A DNA stretch of 64,000 nucleotides from the NCBI GenBank assembly GCA_965223325.1, contig CBDCWI010000001.1, forward strand, positions 96,001-160,000. The letters are read 5' to 3'. Under the pieces are notes generated by a model that saw only the letters and a program-made list of their open reading frames with translations, had not been told where the DNA came from and did no database searches. Positions 32,309-42,348 of this stretch are shown piece after piece. Both the position numbers and the translations under genes were made by a program. The stretch comes from Candidatus Multivoradales bacterium. GTDB lineage: Bacteria > Acidobacteriota > Thermoanaerobaculia > Multivoradales > Multivoraceae. Every line of letters begins with the position of its first letter. Position 1 is the first letter of the stretch.

Positions 32309-33594
32309 CGCGTCTCGACCCCTCGCTCAGCCAACGCCTCGACATAGGCTCGACGGTAGCGCCCGGCGATGTGGGTCCAGGTGAGCTCGGAGACTGCCCG
32401 CGCCCGCCCATTGGCACCTTGTTCCCGACTGCGCTGGCGGTCGTTGAGGAGTGGCACGATGGCTTCGACCAGGGCACGTTGATCGCGCTCTGGAACCAGG
32501 CGGCCGTTCACCCCATCCTCAATGGCCAGGGGAATACCACTGATGCCGCTGGCCACGACCGGCAGACCGCTGGCCATCGCCTCGAGAATCACGTTGGGGA
32601 GGCCATCGACATTGCCCGCCTGATCGTGCACGGCGGGCAGAACGAAAACGTTACTCCCGCGGTAGAGGTCTGGTAGGACGTCGCGCTCGACCATGCCGGG
32701 GAAATGGACACGATCGGCGTCCTTGGCCGTCGCCCGGCGAAGCTCCTCGAGCAGGTCTCCCCCGCCCGCAAGCACCACATGCGCCTGGGGACTCTGCGCG
32801 AGAATCTCGGGGAGCGCGCCAGCGAGCACATCGAAGCCCTTCTTGGCCGCCATTCTGCCCACCGTCAGAAGGACCGGCGCCTGGTCGTCGATCCCGAGCT
32901 GCCTTCGCCAGTTGCAGTGCGGAGGGGTCCCGGGCGAGGAGGGGCTGAAGGTCTCGATGTCGACCCCGTACGGAATCACCCGGTCGATCCGGTCACCGGT
33001 CTCCTGGGCGAGAGCCGCGACCCGTTCGACCAGTTCTGGCGAGCAACCGGTCATCAGGGCACACCGACCGAGGGTTCGCGCCACGACGCTTCGAACACCC
33101 ACCCGCTCCGCCAGGAACACATCACTACCGTGCAGACCCACTGCCAGGGTCGGGCGCTCGGCAGCGCGTCGACCGAGGAGCGCCGCGACGGCGACCGGGC
33201 CGTTGGGCACCACCCAGTGCGCATGCACCAGGTCGACCGGGCGCTTCTCCTGCTGGCGTTCGGTGAGGAGGGCGCGTAAGGCGCAAGCGCCAGCCAGCCC
33301 GTAGAGCGGCGCCACCATGCCGGCGAGCGGCCGCACCGAAACGTCGGCGGCCAGACTGCGACCGTAGCCGAGGGTCTCGTAGCGTTCGGGGGCATAGCGA
33401 AAGGTACGCACCTCGATGCCGTACTCTTGCCAACGCGGCTCCAGGCCCGTGGTATGCGGTGCCAGCACGGTCACTCGGTCTCCGGCTGCAACCAGCGCGC
33501 GCGCCAGGTCGCGAATGAAGGGACCGGCGGTGTCCTCGGCATAGCGCGGCCAGGTCTGAGTCAAGAAGACCAGCTCGAGCGAGCCCCGAGGCAT
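32305..33594 (-). CDS. GT4 family glycosyltransferase
   Basis: HAHWVVP, HGSDV, VIPYGVD, KKGF, DGLPNVILEAMASGLPVV; start placed at ATG 33594. Confidence 0.92.
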   Translation of the reverse strand: MPRGSLELVFLTQTWPRYAEDTAGPFIRDLARALVAAGDRVTVLAPHTTGLEPRWQEYGIEVRTFRYAPERYETLGYGRSLAADVSVRPLAGMVAPLYGLAGACALRALLTERQQEKRPVDLVHAHWVVPNGPVAVAALLGRRAAERPTLAVGLHGSDVFLAERVGVRSVVARTLGRCALMTGCSPELVERVAALAQETGDRIDRVIPYGVDIETFSPSSPGTPPHCNWRRQLGIDDQAPVLLTVGRMAAKKGFDVLAGALPEILAQSPQAHVVLAGGGDLLEELRRATAKDADRVHFPGMVERDVLPDLYRGSNVFVLPAVHDQAGNVDGLPNVILEAMASGLPVVASGISGIPLAIEDGVNGRLVPERDQRALVEAIVPLLNDRQRSREQGANGRARAVSELTWTHIAGRYRRAYVEALAERGVETR

Positions 33595-33617
33595 CGAAGT
33601 GGAGTCCCGCTCCCGGT

Positions 33618-34778
33618 TCAGTCGAGCCACTCGCGAACAGAGTAGCTGTCGCGACGGCGGAAGCTCTTGAAGGTGATCATCTCGCCGATCAGACCGGTGC
33701 TCAGGAGCTGCAGGCCGAGCAGGATCATCAATACGCCAAGTAGGAGGAGTGGGCGTCGCGACAGGGGTTCGCCATGCATCCAGAGCCAGGTCAACCACAG
33801 GCAGATCAAGGTCCCGCCCGCAATGCTGAGCACCCCGACCGGCCCAAAGAGGTGCAGCGGACGGCGGGTGTAGCGGGTCAAGAAGAGGACCGTGATCAAG
33901 TCGAGCGGCCCTTTGAAGGCGCGGTCCCATCCGTACTTGCTGACCCCATGGCGGCGGGCGTGATGTTTGACCGCCAGCTCACCGACACGAAAGCCCTGCC
34001 GAGAAGCCAGAACCGGTATGTAGCGGTGCAGGTCGCCGTACACTGCGACGTCATCGACGACCGCCCGGCGGTAGGCCTTGAAGCCACAGTTGAAGTCGTG
34101 AAGGTCGACCCGCGCCAGTCGACGAGTCGCCCAGTTGAAGAGCCGTGATGGGAGCTTCTTGCCGAGCAGCGGATCGCGCCGGTGTTGCTTCCAGCCTGAA
34201 ACCAGATCGTACTGGTCTCCTTCGAGCATCTCGAGAAAACGCGGAATCTCCGCCGGGTCGTCCTGGAGGTCACCGTCCATGGTGATGACGATCTCACCGC
34301 TGGTCATCTCGAACCCCGCCGAGAGCGCCGCCGCCTTCCCGAAGTTTCGGCGCAGGCAGAGGAGTTTGACCCGCGGATCGCTCTCATGCGCGGCACGGAT
34401 GCGTGCCGAGGTGGCGTCACGCGAGCCGTCGTCGACAAACACGATCTCGAAGCGCACACCTTCCTCGTCGAGAACTGCCGCGACGGCGCGAGCGAGTTCC
34501 AGGACGGTGTCCTGCTCGTCGAGCACTGGCACGACGACCGAGACGTCGAGCGGCGCCGCTGCGGATCCCTGCCCTACCTCGTGCTCACCAGGAACACGTT
34601 CCGTCTTCAAGGTGGTGGCGGGCGCTGCACGCGAAGAGCCTCTGCCACTGGGGAACGCGGCGCCAGGAGACGGGGACGAAGGCGACGACCGGGTAGCCGG
34701 ATCGCCGTCCTGTGCTTCGGTGACTGGCATGGTAAAAAGCTCCACTCGAAGTCTATCTCCATCCACGGTGGCCGGCAC
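33618..34778 (-). CDS. GT2 polyprenol-phosphate glycosyltransferase (ArnC/DPM-like)
   Basis: VSVVVP, VDDGSRD, RNFGKAAAL, MDGDLQDDP, HDFNCGFK; two C-terminal TMs; start uncertain. Confidence 0.92.
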   Translation of the reverse strand: MPATVDGDRLRVELFTMPVTEAQDGDPATRSSPSSPSPGAAFPSGRGSSRAAPATTLKTERVPGEHEVGQGSAAAPLDVSVVVPVLDEQDTVLELARAVAAVLDEEGVRFEIVFVDDGSRDATSARIRAAHESDPRVKLLCLRRNFGKAAALSAGFEMTSGEIVITMDGDLQDDPAEIPRFLEMLEGDQYDLVSGWKQHRRDPLLGKKLPSRLFNWATRRLARVDLHDFNCGFKAYRRAVVDDVAVYGDLHRYIPVLASRQGFRVGELAVKHHARRHGVSKYGWDRAFKGPLDLITVLFLTRYTRRPLHLFGPVGVLSIAGGTLICLWLTWLWMHGEPLSRRPLLLLGVLMILLGLQLLSTGLIGEMITFKSFRRRDSYSVREWLD

Positions 34779-34826
34779 GTTGACCTGTTGCCGCCCAACG
34801 GGAGCCCGATCGGGATGCGATCGGGC

Positions 34827-36467
34827 TCACGACATCAGGCGGTGATAAGAGCTCGCCGTCGAGGTCATCGGCTCAACGCCCAGCTCGTGCGCGAGCACAC
34901 CGCGTAGGCGCTCGTACTGTTTGCGCACCAGGTCGCGGCGCCCCCGGTCGGCGTAGATCCGCATGATCGCCAGATGCACGACCTCCTGAATGGGATCGGC
35001 GCTCAACACCGAGCGGAAGGCGTCTTCGGCCTCAGTCAGGCGACCCTCGGCAAAGTACGCCTCCCCCAGGCCGCGCAGGGTGTCGAGGTAGAGGCGCTGT
35101 AAATCGTCGCGGCGTTCCTCGATCCAGCGCCCTTCGAAACCCTGAAGGAAGGGTCCGGAGTAGGAACGCCAGGCGTTCTCCCAGGCTTCGAGGTCGGGCG
35201 TCGAACCGGCGACATCGAGGCCTTCGATCGGCCGCCCGAGCAACGCCGCGCGCTCGAATTCGAGCACGTCGATTCGCCAGTCGACCTCCGGGTTGAGCCG
35301 GTAGACACCCGAGCGCAGGATGACGGTGGGCTCGGTCTTCGAAAGGGTCTTACGCAGCAGGCTGACCGTCGGGTGAAGGTTCTTCTTGATCTCACTGGCC
35401 GACGCTCCCGCCCAGAGAGCCTCGATCAACTCGTCGCGTCCCGCCGCCAGACCGGGACGTGAGGCCAGAAAGGCGAGCATCAAGAACGAGCGCTCGAGCG
35501 GCCACTTCAAATCGATGCGGTCACTCCCCTCGATCCGCCAGAGCGCTGGCGTACCGAGCAGCTTGAGCCGGAAGGCCAGGCGCCCCTGTCGCTCCTCGAG
35601 GCTGGGCGCGGACCGCGTTCTCTGGCGAGGTGCCTCCATAGCCCCCTCGCCGGCGGCTCCGCGACCGCCGACCGACTGTTGGCGTTCCGCCAGGGCCAGG
35701 GCGGAGACCACAGGACGTGGCAGCCGCAGTCCATCGCGATCGTGGATGACCAGCTCACGATCGCTCACGACGGTCGGTAGGCGACCGACCAGGTCACCGC
35801 TGAGCCAGGTGGGCTGGCGCGGTTCCTGTCCGCGCACGGTCGCCTCCGACACCGCCCGCCTCAAGACGTCGACTTCGGCCGGCGGAAACTCCGACAGGAC
35901 CTCGAGCTCAATGAACGCGGCGACTGCCGCACGCCGGAGAACCCGGTCGTTCTGGTATTCGAGCAAGATCTCGAGCACCCGGTACCAGCCGTCACTCGCC
36001 TCACCGAGGGCAACGGCATCGTCAACACTGAGGGGCGGATCGACGAGGTGACGGATCTCGTTCGCCGAGAGCAGAAACTCGAAGGGTGAAACTCCAACGG
36101 CCCCGAGCCCTGTGCGTTGCGCGTCGGCGAAGGCGCGCGCCGAGGCGCTTGCGACGAGGAGCGTTTGATGCGGACTGAGCTCTCGAACCGACGCCTGCCA
36201 GCGCTCCGGCGCCACCCCGTCGGCGACCAGCCAACGCGGCGCCAGATCGCCGGTGTAGGCCCGCAGGCGCTCAGGAGCCTCCTGATCGAAGTCTGCCGGG
36301 CGCAGACCCTGAACGCCCCCGCCGCCCTCCTGGGCCAGCCAGGCGAGAAACCGCCGGGCGCCGCTGCCCGGCCAACCGCGCAGCACGATGAGGGGTGCCG
36401 AGAGGCCCTCGAGACGGGCCCGGAGACGGGAGAAGTACGGGAGTTCCAGAGACGCAGACATCGGCAC
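34827..36467 (-). CDS. BTAD-domain (AfsR/SARP/DnrI-like) transcriptional regulator
   Basis: LKLLG..RDELIEALW..LRKTL winged HTH; IDVLEFE, DPIQE..IMRIYA, ELGVEP BTAD; degenerate N-terminal P-loop GWPGSG. Confidence 0.85.
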   Translation of the reverse strand: MPMSASLELPYFSRLRARLEGLSAPLIVLRGWPGSGARRFLAWLAQEGGGGVQGLRPADFDQEAPERLRAYTGDLAPRWLVADGVAPERWQASVRELSPHQTLLVASASARAFADAQRTGLGAVGVSPFEFLLSANEIRHLVDPPLSVDDAVALGEASDGWYRVLEILLEYQNDRVLRRAAVAAFIELEVLSEFPPAEVDVLRRAVSEATVRGQEPRQPTWLSGDLVGRLPTVVSDRELVIHDRDGLRLPRPVVSALALAERQQSVGGRGAAGEGAMEAPRQRTRSAPSLEERQGRLAFRLKLLGTPALWRIEGSDRIDLKWPLERSFLMLAFLASRPGLAAGRDELIEALWAGASASEIKKNLHPTVSLLRKTLSKTEPTVILRSGVYRLNPEVDWRIDVLEFERAALLGRPIEGLDVAGSTPDLEAWENAWRSYSGPFLQGFEGRWIEERRDDLQRLYLDTLRGLGEAYFAEGRLTEAEDAFRSVLSADPIQEVVHLAIMRIYADRGRRDLVRKQYERLRGVLAHELGVEPMTSTASSYHRLMS

Positions 36468-36529
36468 AAAGGGAGCGGGTGGAGAGACTCGCGGGAGGGG
36501 GCCTCGGTGGGAACCCGCCCATGGAGCAG

Positions 36530-36578
36530 TTCAAGAATACTTCAGGGATTCTTCAGGAATCCATTCCTCAAGCATAAT
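36530..36578 (+). promoter_or_regulatory. Three heptamer direct repeats at 11-bp period plus a -10 box
   Basis: TTCAAGA 36530, TTCAGGG 36541, TTCAGGA 36552; CATAAT 36573-36578. Confidence 0.55.
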
Positions 36579-36584
36579 CCCCCG

Positions 36585-37379
36585 GTGACCGATCCCGTCC
36601 CCACTGGTTTCCAGATCCCGGCCTACTGGAGCTCCGCCCACTCACCAGACAGGGCGGGGGCCCAGCGACGGCCTCCCGGACGCCGAGAGGCCCTCATTCT
36701 CGCCGTTGGGCTGCTGCTGCCCCCCCTGGGAGCCTTCTTCTATTTCGTGGTTCTCGATGGCAGCTCGTGGTCTGGACTGGCCTATGCCGCCTCGAAGTGC
36801 CTCCAGTTCGCCCTTCCCCTGTTGATTCTCGGCTCACTCCTCGGCGACCGCCCTTCGTCACGACTCGAGCGTCGGCCGTCGATCGGTACGGGCCTGGCAG
36901 TCGGACTCCTCCTCGGCCTGCCGCTCATTCTGTTCTACGAGACCATGCTGCGCGGCGGCACCCTGGCGAGCCGCGTTGGCGACATGGTGCTCCTGAAGAT
37001 GGACGACTTCCGCGTGACCGAGCCGCTCCCCTATCTCCTCATGTCGCTCTTTCTGAGCTTTCTGCACTCGGGCCTCGAGGAGTACTACTGGCGGTTCTTC
37101 GTCTACGGTCGCCTGCGTCGCTTCGTACGCTGTGTGCCGGCCATCATGATCGCCTCGGCCGGCTTCACCTCGCACCACCTGCTGGTGATGGCGGCCTACA
37201 CCAAGGGCGGAGGCAGCGGGTGGTTCGCCCTCCTCGCCGGAACGATCGCCGTCTTCCTGGCGGGTGCGCTCTGGTGTTGGCTCTACGAACGCACCGGCAA
37301 CCTGTGGGCGGCCTGGATCAGCCACGTGATCGCCGACCTCGCCCTGATGACCCTCGGCGCGCGCTTGCTCTGGGGCTAG
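36585..37379 (+). CDS. CPBP (CAAX/Abi) intramembrane glutamic endopeptidase
   Basis: EEYYWR, FTSHH, W.AWISHVIAD; multiple TMs; start placed at GTG 36585. Confidence 0.88.
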   Translation: MTDPVPTGFQIPAYWSSAHSPDRAGAQRRPPGRREALILAVGLLLPPLGAFFYFVVLDGSSWSGLAYAASKCLQFALPLLILGSLLGDRPSSRLERRPSIGTGLAVGLLLGLPLILFYETMLRGGTLASRVGDMVLLKMDDFRVTEPLPYLLMSLFLSFLHSGLEEYYWRFFVYGRLRRFVRCVPAIMIASAGFTSHHLLVMAAYTKGGGSGWFALLAGTIAVFLAGALWCWLYERTGNLWAAWISHVIADLALMTLGARLLWG

Positions 37380-37524
37380 TCGTCCGGCGGATTCGCTCGG
37401 CTCTCACCGGCGAGAAGCGCCCGTGCCTCGAAAAAGCCGCGCCAGCCGACGACCACCGCCAGGGCCGCAAACGCGCCCACGGTGAGAACCAGAAACGCTG
37501 TCCAGAAAGTCAGCCAGGCGGTGC

Positions 37525-39060
37525 TCATGACGCCTCCTCACACCGGTCTGGAAAGAGCAGCGACCCGAGGACCATCAGGCCGGTCGAGAGTGCCACCGCA
37601 GCCAGACCGGTGAGCTCGCCGCTCAACGGAACGCCCAGGCTGGCCGCAAGCCAGTCGGCGCCTAGTGCGCGGGCAACCGGAGGCAAGCCGAGCACTGCAA
37701 CGCCTCCCGAGGCAAGCGCCAGCCACGCTCCCATCGTGCTGGCGCGCCGCCAATAGAGCCCGAGGGCGAGAAGCGCGAAGGCCCCGGTGAAATAGATCGC
37801 CCCGGTGATCGCCATGTAGTCCCAGAGGTCCTGTTCGAGCGGATACCAGAGACTCCAGAGTAGGAGAAAGACCCCGGTCACCACCACCAGGGTGCGGGTC
37901 GTGCGCATGCGCGCCTCCTGCGTCATCCGATCCCCCAGCACGGGCGCGATGACGTCCTGGGTGAGGACCGAGGACCAACACAGCAAATAGCTGTCATGGG
38001 TCGACATGAAGGCCGCCAGCATGCCCGCCCCGACCAGGCCGAGGATGCCGGTGGGCAAGACGGCTCCAAGGAACCTGGGCATCGCGAGCAAGGTGTTGTC
38101 CGAGGAATCGAGGCCACCGGCGGCGTCGAAGACCGCCAGGACCCCGGGGTTCTGGAAGATCCACGCCAGCGCACAGAGACCGAGGAGATTGGGCAGTAGA
38201 AAACGCACCATGAAACCGAGAGACGAGAAGACGTAGAGCTTTCGCACCACGGCTTCACTCTCGGCCGAGAGTGCCCGTAGCACCGCCGGCTGCCAGACCG
38301 CACACGACACGATGCCGGCGGTGAACACCATCCAAACGATGTACCAGGGCCCGAAGCCGGCGGTGTCGGTCGGGTCGAAGCCGGCGGCTCCGTGCACCGA
38401 TTGCACGGTCTCGACGATGCCGCTCCAGCTGACCTCTCGGATGCCGAACCAACAGGCGACGAGCATGCCAATCGACAGCACGACGAACTGCACGTAGTCG
38501 GTCAGGACCACCGCCATCATGCCGCCCAGCACGACGTAGACCAGAACGAGGACCAGGAGAACCGACATGATGAGCTTGAGCTCAGTATCCGACGTCATGC
38601 CGGTCACCCCGGTCACGAAGAGCGAGCCGGCGCGCAGAAAGAGCCCCATGTTGAGGATTCCCGACAGGGCGAGAACCAGGCCGCCGGCGATCCGCAGGCG
38701 CCGCGAGAAGCGCCGCTCGTAGAACTCCGGAATCGTCATCACGCCGAGCCGCCGAAGCGGCACCACCAGAAACCCGGTCAGACCAATGAAGAGTGCGGTG
38801 AACCCGGCTACCAACGGAATGTGGAATGCCGCGAAACCACCCGTCAGGCCCTTCTGAGCGGAGAACATGACGGTCACCAGCCCGAGCTCGCCACCGACCA
38901 TCGAGGCGATCGAGAGTGCCGAGCCAAGCCGCCTTCCGGCGACGACGAAGTCGGCCATGTCGTGGACGAGGCGCTGCACCCACACCGAAAGCGCCAGGGT
39001 GCAGAGCAGGTAGACGACGACGACCGCCCAGTCGAGGCTGGTCCAGTTCGAGGCGATCAA
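37525..39060 (-). CDS. Sodium:solute symporter (SSS) family protein
   Basis: DFVVAGR, MTIPEFYERRF, GGMMAVVLTDYVQ, AAFMSTHDS; many TMs. Confidence 0.92.
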   Translation of the reverse strand: MIASNWTSLDWAVVVVYLLCTLALSVWVQRLVHDMADFVVAGRRLGSALSIASMVGGELGLVTVMFSAQKGLTGGFAAFHIPLVAGFTALFIGLTGFLVVPLRRLGVMTIPEFYERRFSRRLRIAGGLVLALSGILNMGLFLRAGSLFVTGVTGMTSDTELKLIMSVLLVLVLVYVVLGGMMAVVLTDYVQFVVLSIGMLVACWFGIREVSWSGIVETVQSVHGAAGFDPTDTAGFGPWYIVWMVFTAGIVSCAVWQPAVLRALSAESEAVVRKLYVFSSLGFMVRFLLPNLLGLCALAWIFQNPGVLAVFDAAGGLDSSDNTLLAMPRFLGAVLPTGILGLVGAGMLAAFMSTHDSYLLCWSSVLTQDVIAPVLGDRMTQEARMRTTRTLVVVTGVFLLLWSLWYPLEQDLWDYMAITGAIYFTGAFALLALGLYWRRASTMGAWLALASGGVAVLGLPPVARALGADWLAASLGVPLSGELTGLAAVALSTGLMVLGSLLFPDRCEEAS

Positions 39061-39872
39061 CGGGCCGTGAGCTCGTCCGATGGTCGCTCAGAAGGGCGGG
39101 ACGCCTCCTTCAACCGGTCGCGCACCACCTGCATGTCTTCCCAGGTCGGGCGTTTGTAGCCGGCGTTACGCAGCAAAGCGGCGGGGTGGTAGGTCACCCG
39201 GGTATCGACGCCCTGGACGACGAACCACTCGCCGCGCAGCTTGCCGAGCGAGCGGTTCTCCGACAGGAGAGTCTGCGCCGCAACGCGGCCGAGCGCGACA
39301 ATTACCCGTGGCTCGACCAGCGCGATCTGCCTTTCGAGATAGCCCCGGCAAGCGATGACCTCGTCGGTTTCGGGATCGCGGTTGCCGGGCGGGCGGCACT
39401 TGACGATGTTGGCGATGTAGCAGTCCTCGCGTTCGAAACCGATGGCGGCGATGATCTTGCTCAACAACTCGCCGGCAGCCCCGACAAACGGCAGACCCTG
39501 GCGATCTTCGTTGGCGCCCGGCCCTTCGCCGATGAACATCAGGTCGGCGTTGGGGTTGCCCGAGCCGAAGACCACCTTGTTGCGGGTCTCCGAGAGCTTG
39601 CAGCCCACACACTTCGCCGCCTCGTCTGCCAGCAGGGCGAGAGTGGAGGCGCGTTCCCGGGCCGACCCATCGGGCGCCTCCCCAGCTCTGGCATCCCTTG
39701 CGATAGCAGCCTTCGAGGCGGAACCGTTCGCCGCCGGCCGCGCTTCGACGGGTGGCGCCTCACCGGGGGTTTCGGCGGCTGCCACCGATTGGGCGCCGTT
39801 TCGGTACACCTCGTTCCAGCCCAGGCCGTTCAGGTACTCGAGCAGGGCTCGAGTGTCAGAATCGATCGTCAC
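39057..39872 (-). CDS. Family 4 uracil-DNA glycosylase (Fe-S)
   Basis: CVGCKL, IGEGPG.NED.QG.PFVG, NIVKCRPPGNRDP, TYHPAA. Confidence 0.94.
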   Translation of the reverse strand: MTIDSDTRALLEYLNGLGWNEVYRNGAQSVAAAETPGEAPPVEARPAANGSASKAAIARDARAGEAPDGSARERASTLALLADEAAKCVGCKLSETRNKVVFGSGNPNADLMFIGEGPGANEDRQGLPFVGAAGELLSKIIAAIGFEREDCYIANIVKCRPPGNRDPETDEVIACRGYLERQIALVEPRVIVALGRVAAQTLLSENRSLGKLRGEWFVVQGVDTRVTYHPAALLRNAGYKRPTWEDMQVVRDRLKEASRPSERPSDELTAR

Positions 39873-39896
39873 GATGGCGCCAGTGTAGTGGGCGGC

Positions 39897-41165
39897 TCAG
39901 GAAGTCGTCTCGGCGAGGGACAGCCGCGCCTCGAAGAGATCGAAAAGATCTCCTGCTAGAACGTTCTTCGGGCGCCGGTCGAAGGCCGCGACCTCCCCGT
40001 CGCGATCGAACACCCGCACCGCGTTGTGCACCGAACCGAAGCCGATCAGAGGATCAGAAACATCGTTGGCAACGATCAGGTCGACGTTCTTCCTTGCGAC
40101 CTTGGCCTGTGCATACTCCTCCAACTTCTCGGTTTCGGCAGCAAAACCGACACGCAGAGCATGCGGTGCGACCTCGTGGAGGCCGGCGAGAATGTCGGGG
40201 TTTTCAACCAGCTCGAGAGTCAGGCGCTTCTCTCCGGCGGCCCCTTCGAGATCCTGTTTCTTGACCTTCTGACGCGAGCGCTCACCAGGGCGAAAGTCCG
40301 CGACCGCCGCGGTGAGAACCACCAGGTCCGCGTCGCCGACCCGCGCGTAGACCGCGTCGCGCATCTCGACTGCGGTCTCGACATCGATGCAAAGAACGCC
40401 CGGTGGGGCCGAGAGTGCCACCGGGCCGCTCACCAGGACGACCCGCGCCCCACGCCGAGCTGCCTCTCTGGCCAGGGCGTACCCCATGCGACCCGTCGAA
40501 CGGTTGCTGACATAGCGCACTGGATCGACCGGCTCACGCGTCGGCCCGGCGTTGATGACCACCAGGCGACCCGCCCAGGGGAGCGCGCTGTCGGTACCGG
40601 TCTGGTGGGCCACCAGGTCGGCGACGATGTCCTCGGGCTCGACCATGCGCCCCGGGCCACTCTCGCCCGACGCGAGTGCCCCCGAAACCGGCCCAACGAA
40701 GCGGGCGCCGCGACGGGTCAACGTGTCGACGTGCTCCTGCGTCGAAGCGCGGAGCCACATTCGCGGGTGCATCGCTGGCACCAGGACCAGAGGCCCGTCC
40801 CACGCCAGGAGCGTGGTGGTCAAGAAGTCGTCGCCCAGACCAAGAGCCAGACGTGCCAAGGTGTTGGTGGTAAGCGGTGCAATGACCACTACATCGGCCC
40901 AATCACCGAGCGTGATGTGAAGCTCTTCTCCCGAGCCGTTGGCCTCGAGGTACTCCTCTCCGAGGACCGCATTCCCCGACATGACCTCGAGGGTCAGCGG
41001 AGTCACGAAGCTCGTGGCATGGCGCGTCAATGCGGTCCGCACCTCGGCACCCGCCTCGCGCAAGCGACGCACCAGAGCGGGAGTCTTGGTCGCGGCGATG
41101 CCACCGCAGACGCCCAGCAGGACGCGGACGCCGGCCAGGGGTTCTATCGACGGGTCAGTTGACAC
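39897..41165 (-). CDS. coaBC: Bifunctional phosphopantothenoylcysteine decarboxylase / synthetase
   Basis: GVCGGIAA, PAMHPRM, GPGRM, AGPTREPVDPVRYVSNRSTGRMG, GFAAET; start placed at GTG 41165. Confidence 0.95.
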   Translation of the reverse strand: MSTDPSIEPLAGVRVLLGVCGGIAATKTPALVRRLREAGAEVRTALTRHATSFVTPLTLEVMSGNAVLGEEYLEANGSGEELHITLGDWADVVVIAPLTTNTLARLALGLGDDFLTTTLLAWDGPLVLVPAMHPRMWLRASTQEHVDTLTRRGARFVGPVSGALASGESGPGRMVEPEDIVADLVAHQTGTDSALPWAGRLVVINAGPTREPVDPVRYVSNRSTGRMGYALAREAARRGARVVLVSGPVALSAPPGVLCIDVETAVEMRDAVYARVGDADLVVLTAAVADFRPGERSRQKVKKQDLEGAAGEKRLTLELVENPDILAGLHEVAPHALRVGFAAETEKLEEYAQAKVARKNVDLIVANDVSDPLIGFGSVHNAVRVFDRDGEVAAFDRRPKNVLAGDLFDLFEARLSLAETTS

Positions 41166-41424
41166 CCTCTTCGCCACTCTCGGCCGTGGTCTCTGCTGCC
41201 GGTGCCGCATCGGGGGCCGCATCATCTGCAGCCTCGATACCCGGTGCAGGACCGAGGTCCCAATCGACACGTTGGTCGAGAATCTCGTTCATCGCCACAC
41301 GGATCACGGTGCCGTTGTCGTTGTCGTCTTTGGGCCGTGCGCCGCGCATCATCTGCTCTGCACGAAGGGCAGAAAGAAGAACGAAGCGAAACTTACTGTC
41401 GACAATGGTTTTGATTCGATCCAT
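41155..41424 (-). CDS. rpoZ: RNA polymerase omega subunit
   Basis: DSKFRFVLLSALRAEQ..AMNEI; gmk-rpoZ-coaBC synteny. Confidence 0.88.
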   Translation of the reverse strand: MDRIKTIVDSKFRFVLLSALRAEQMMRGARPKDDNDNGTVIRVAMNEILDQRVDWDLGPAPGIEAADDAAPDAAPAAETTAESGEEGVN

Positions 41425-41547
41425 GGCTGGGTTCGTGTCCTATCTAAGGGGTCTCTGGGGAAAGCTCGTCTGGGAAAGATTCGTGAACTCGAGTCTCGTC
41501 AACTCGGGGATTGTGCAGGGCGCCGCTAGAGCCGGGGCTCCTGCGCC

Positions 41548-42252
41548 TCAGTCGCCCTCACCAGGTGCCTGGTCGCTCTGAGCCTGCTGCTCGTTCTGAT
41601 GGGCGAGGGCAAAGTCTCGTAGAACGTCGTCGAGCACCGGGCGTATTCTCGCGCGACGGTGCCTCTTCTCGAGGACGATCGCTTGCAGAGCACCAGCCGC
41701 CTTGTCGGCGTCATCGTTGACAATAGCATAGTCATATCTCTCCGCTCGCTTCATCTCCCACTGCGAAATAGCCAACCGACGGGACATTTCTTTGCGGTCG
41801 TCGAGATCGCGGGCGAACAGCCGCTTGCGCAGCTCGCCGTAGCTCGGCGGCATGATGAAAATGCTGTGCCCGCTGGCCTCGAGCGGCGGCTCCCCTTCCC
41901 GTAGCAGCTGCATCACACGCTCCGCGCCCTTGACATCGATATCCATGACGACATCGATCCCGGCGTCGAGACGTGCTTCGATCTCGGCAAACGAGGTGCC
42001 GTAGGAGTTGCCGTGCACCTCGGCCCATTCGAGAAACTGCTCCTCGGCGATCATGCGCTCGAATTGCTCCTCCGAGACGAAGTGATACTCGCGGCCATCG
42101 ACCTCGCCCGCACGCGGCGCGCGCGTCGTATGGCTGACCGAAAACTCGATCGACCCAATCGAGCCCAGCCCACCCTCGAGCAGACTTCGGATCAGCGTCG
42201 TCTTTCCCGCCCCCGAGGGTGCGGAAAGGATAAAGAGTTCGCCGCGGCTCAT
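41548..42252 (-). CDS. gmk: Guanylate kinase
   Basis: SAPSGAGKTT, SVSHTTRAPRAGEVDGREYHF, EWAEVHGNSYGT, DIDVKGA; start placed at ATG 42252. Confidence 0.96.
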   Translation of the reverse strand: MSRGELFILSAPSGAGKTTLIRSLLEGGLGSIGSIEFSVSHTTRAPRAGEVDGREYHFVSEEQFERMIAEEQFLEWAEVHGNSYGTSFAEIEARLDAGIDVVMDIDVKGAERVMQLLREGEPPLEASGHSIFIMPPSYGELRKRLFARDLDDRKEMSRRLAISQWEMKRAERYDYAIVNDDADKAAGALQAIVLEKRHRRARIRPVLDDVLRDFALAHQNEQQAQSDQAPGEGD

Positions 42253-42348
42253 CGATCGCATCTTAGACCAGCCAGCGAGGCGCAAGCGGGGTCGCTCGAG
42301 CACGCTTCCCTTGGGGACTTGCTGAGAAACTCTCGTCGGGCTGCGTTT

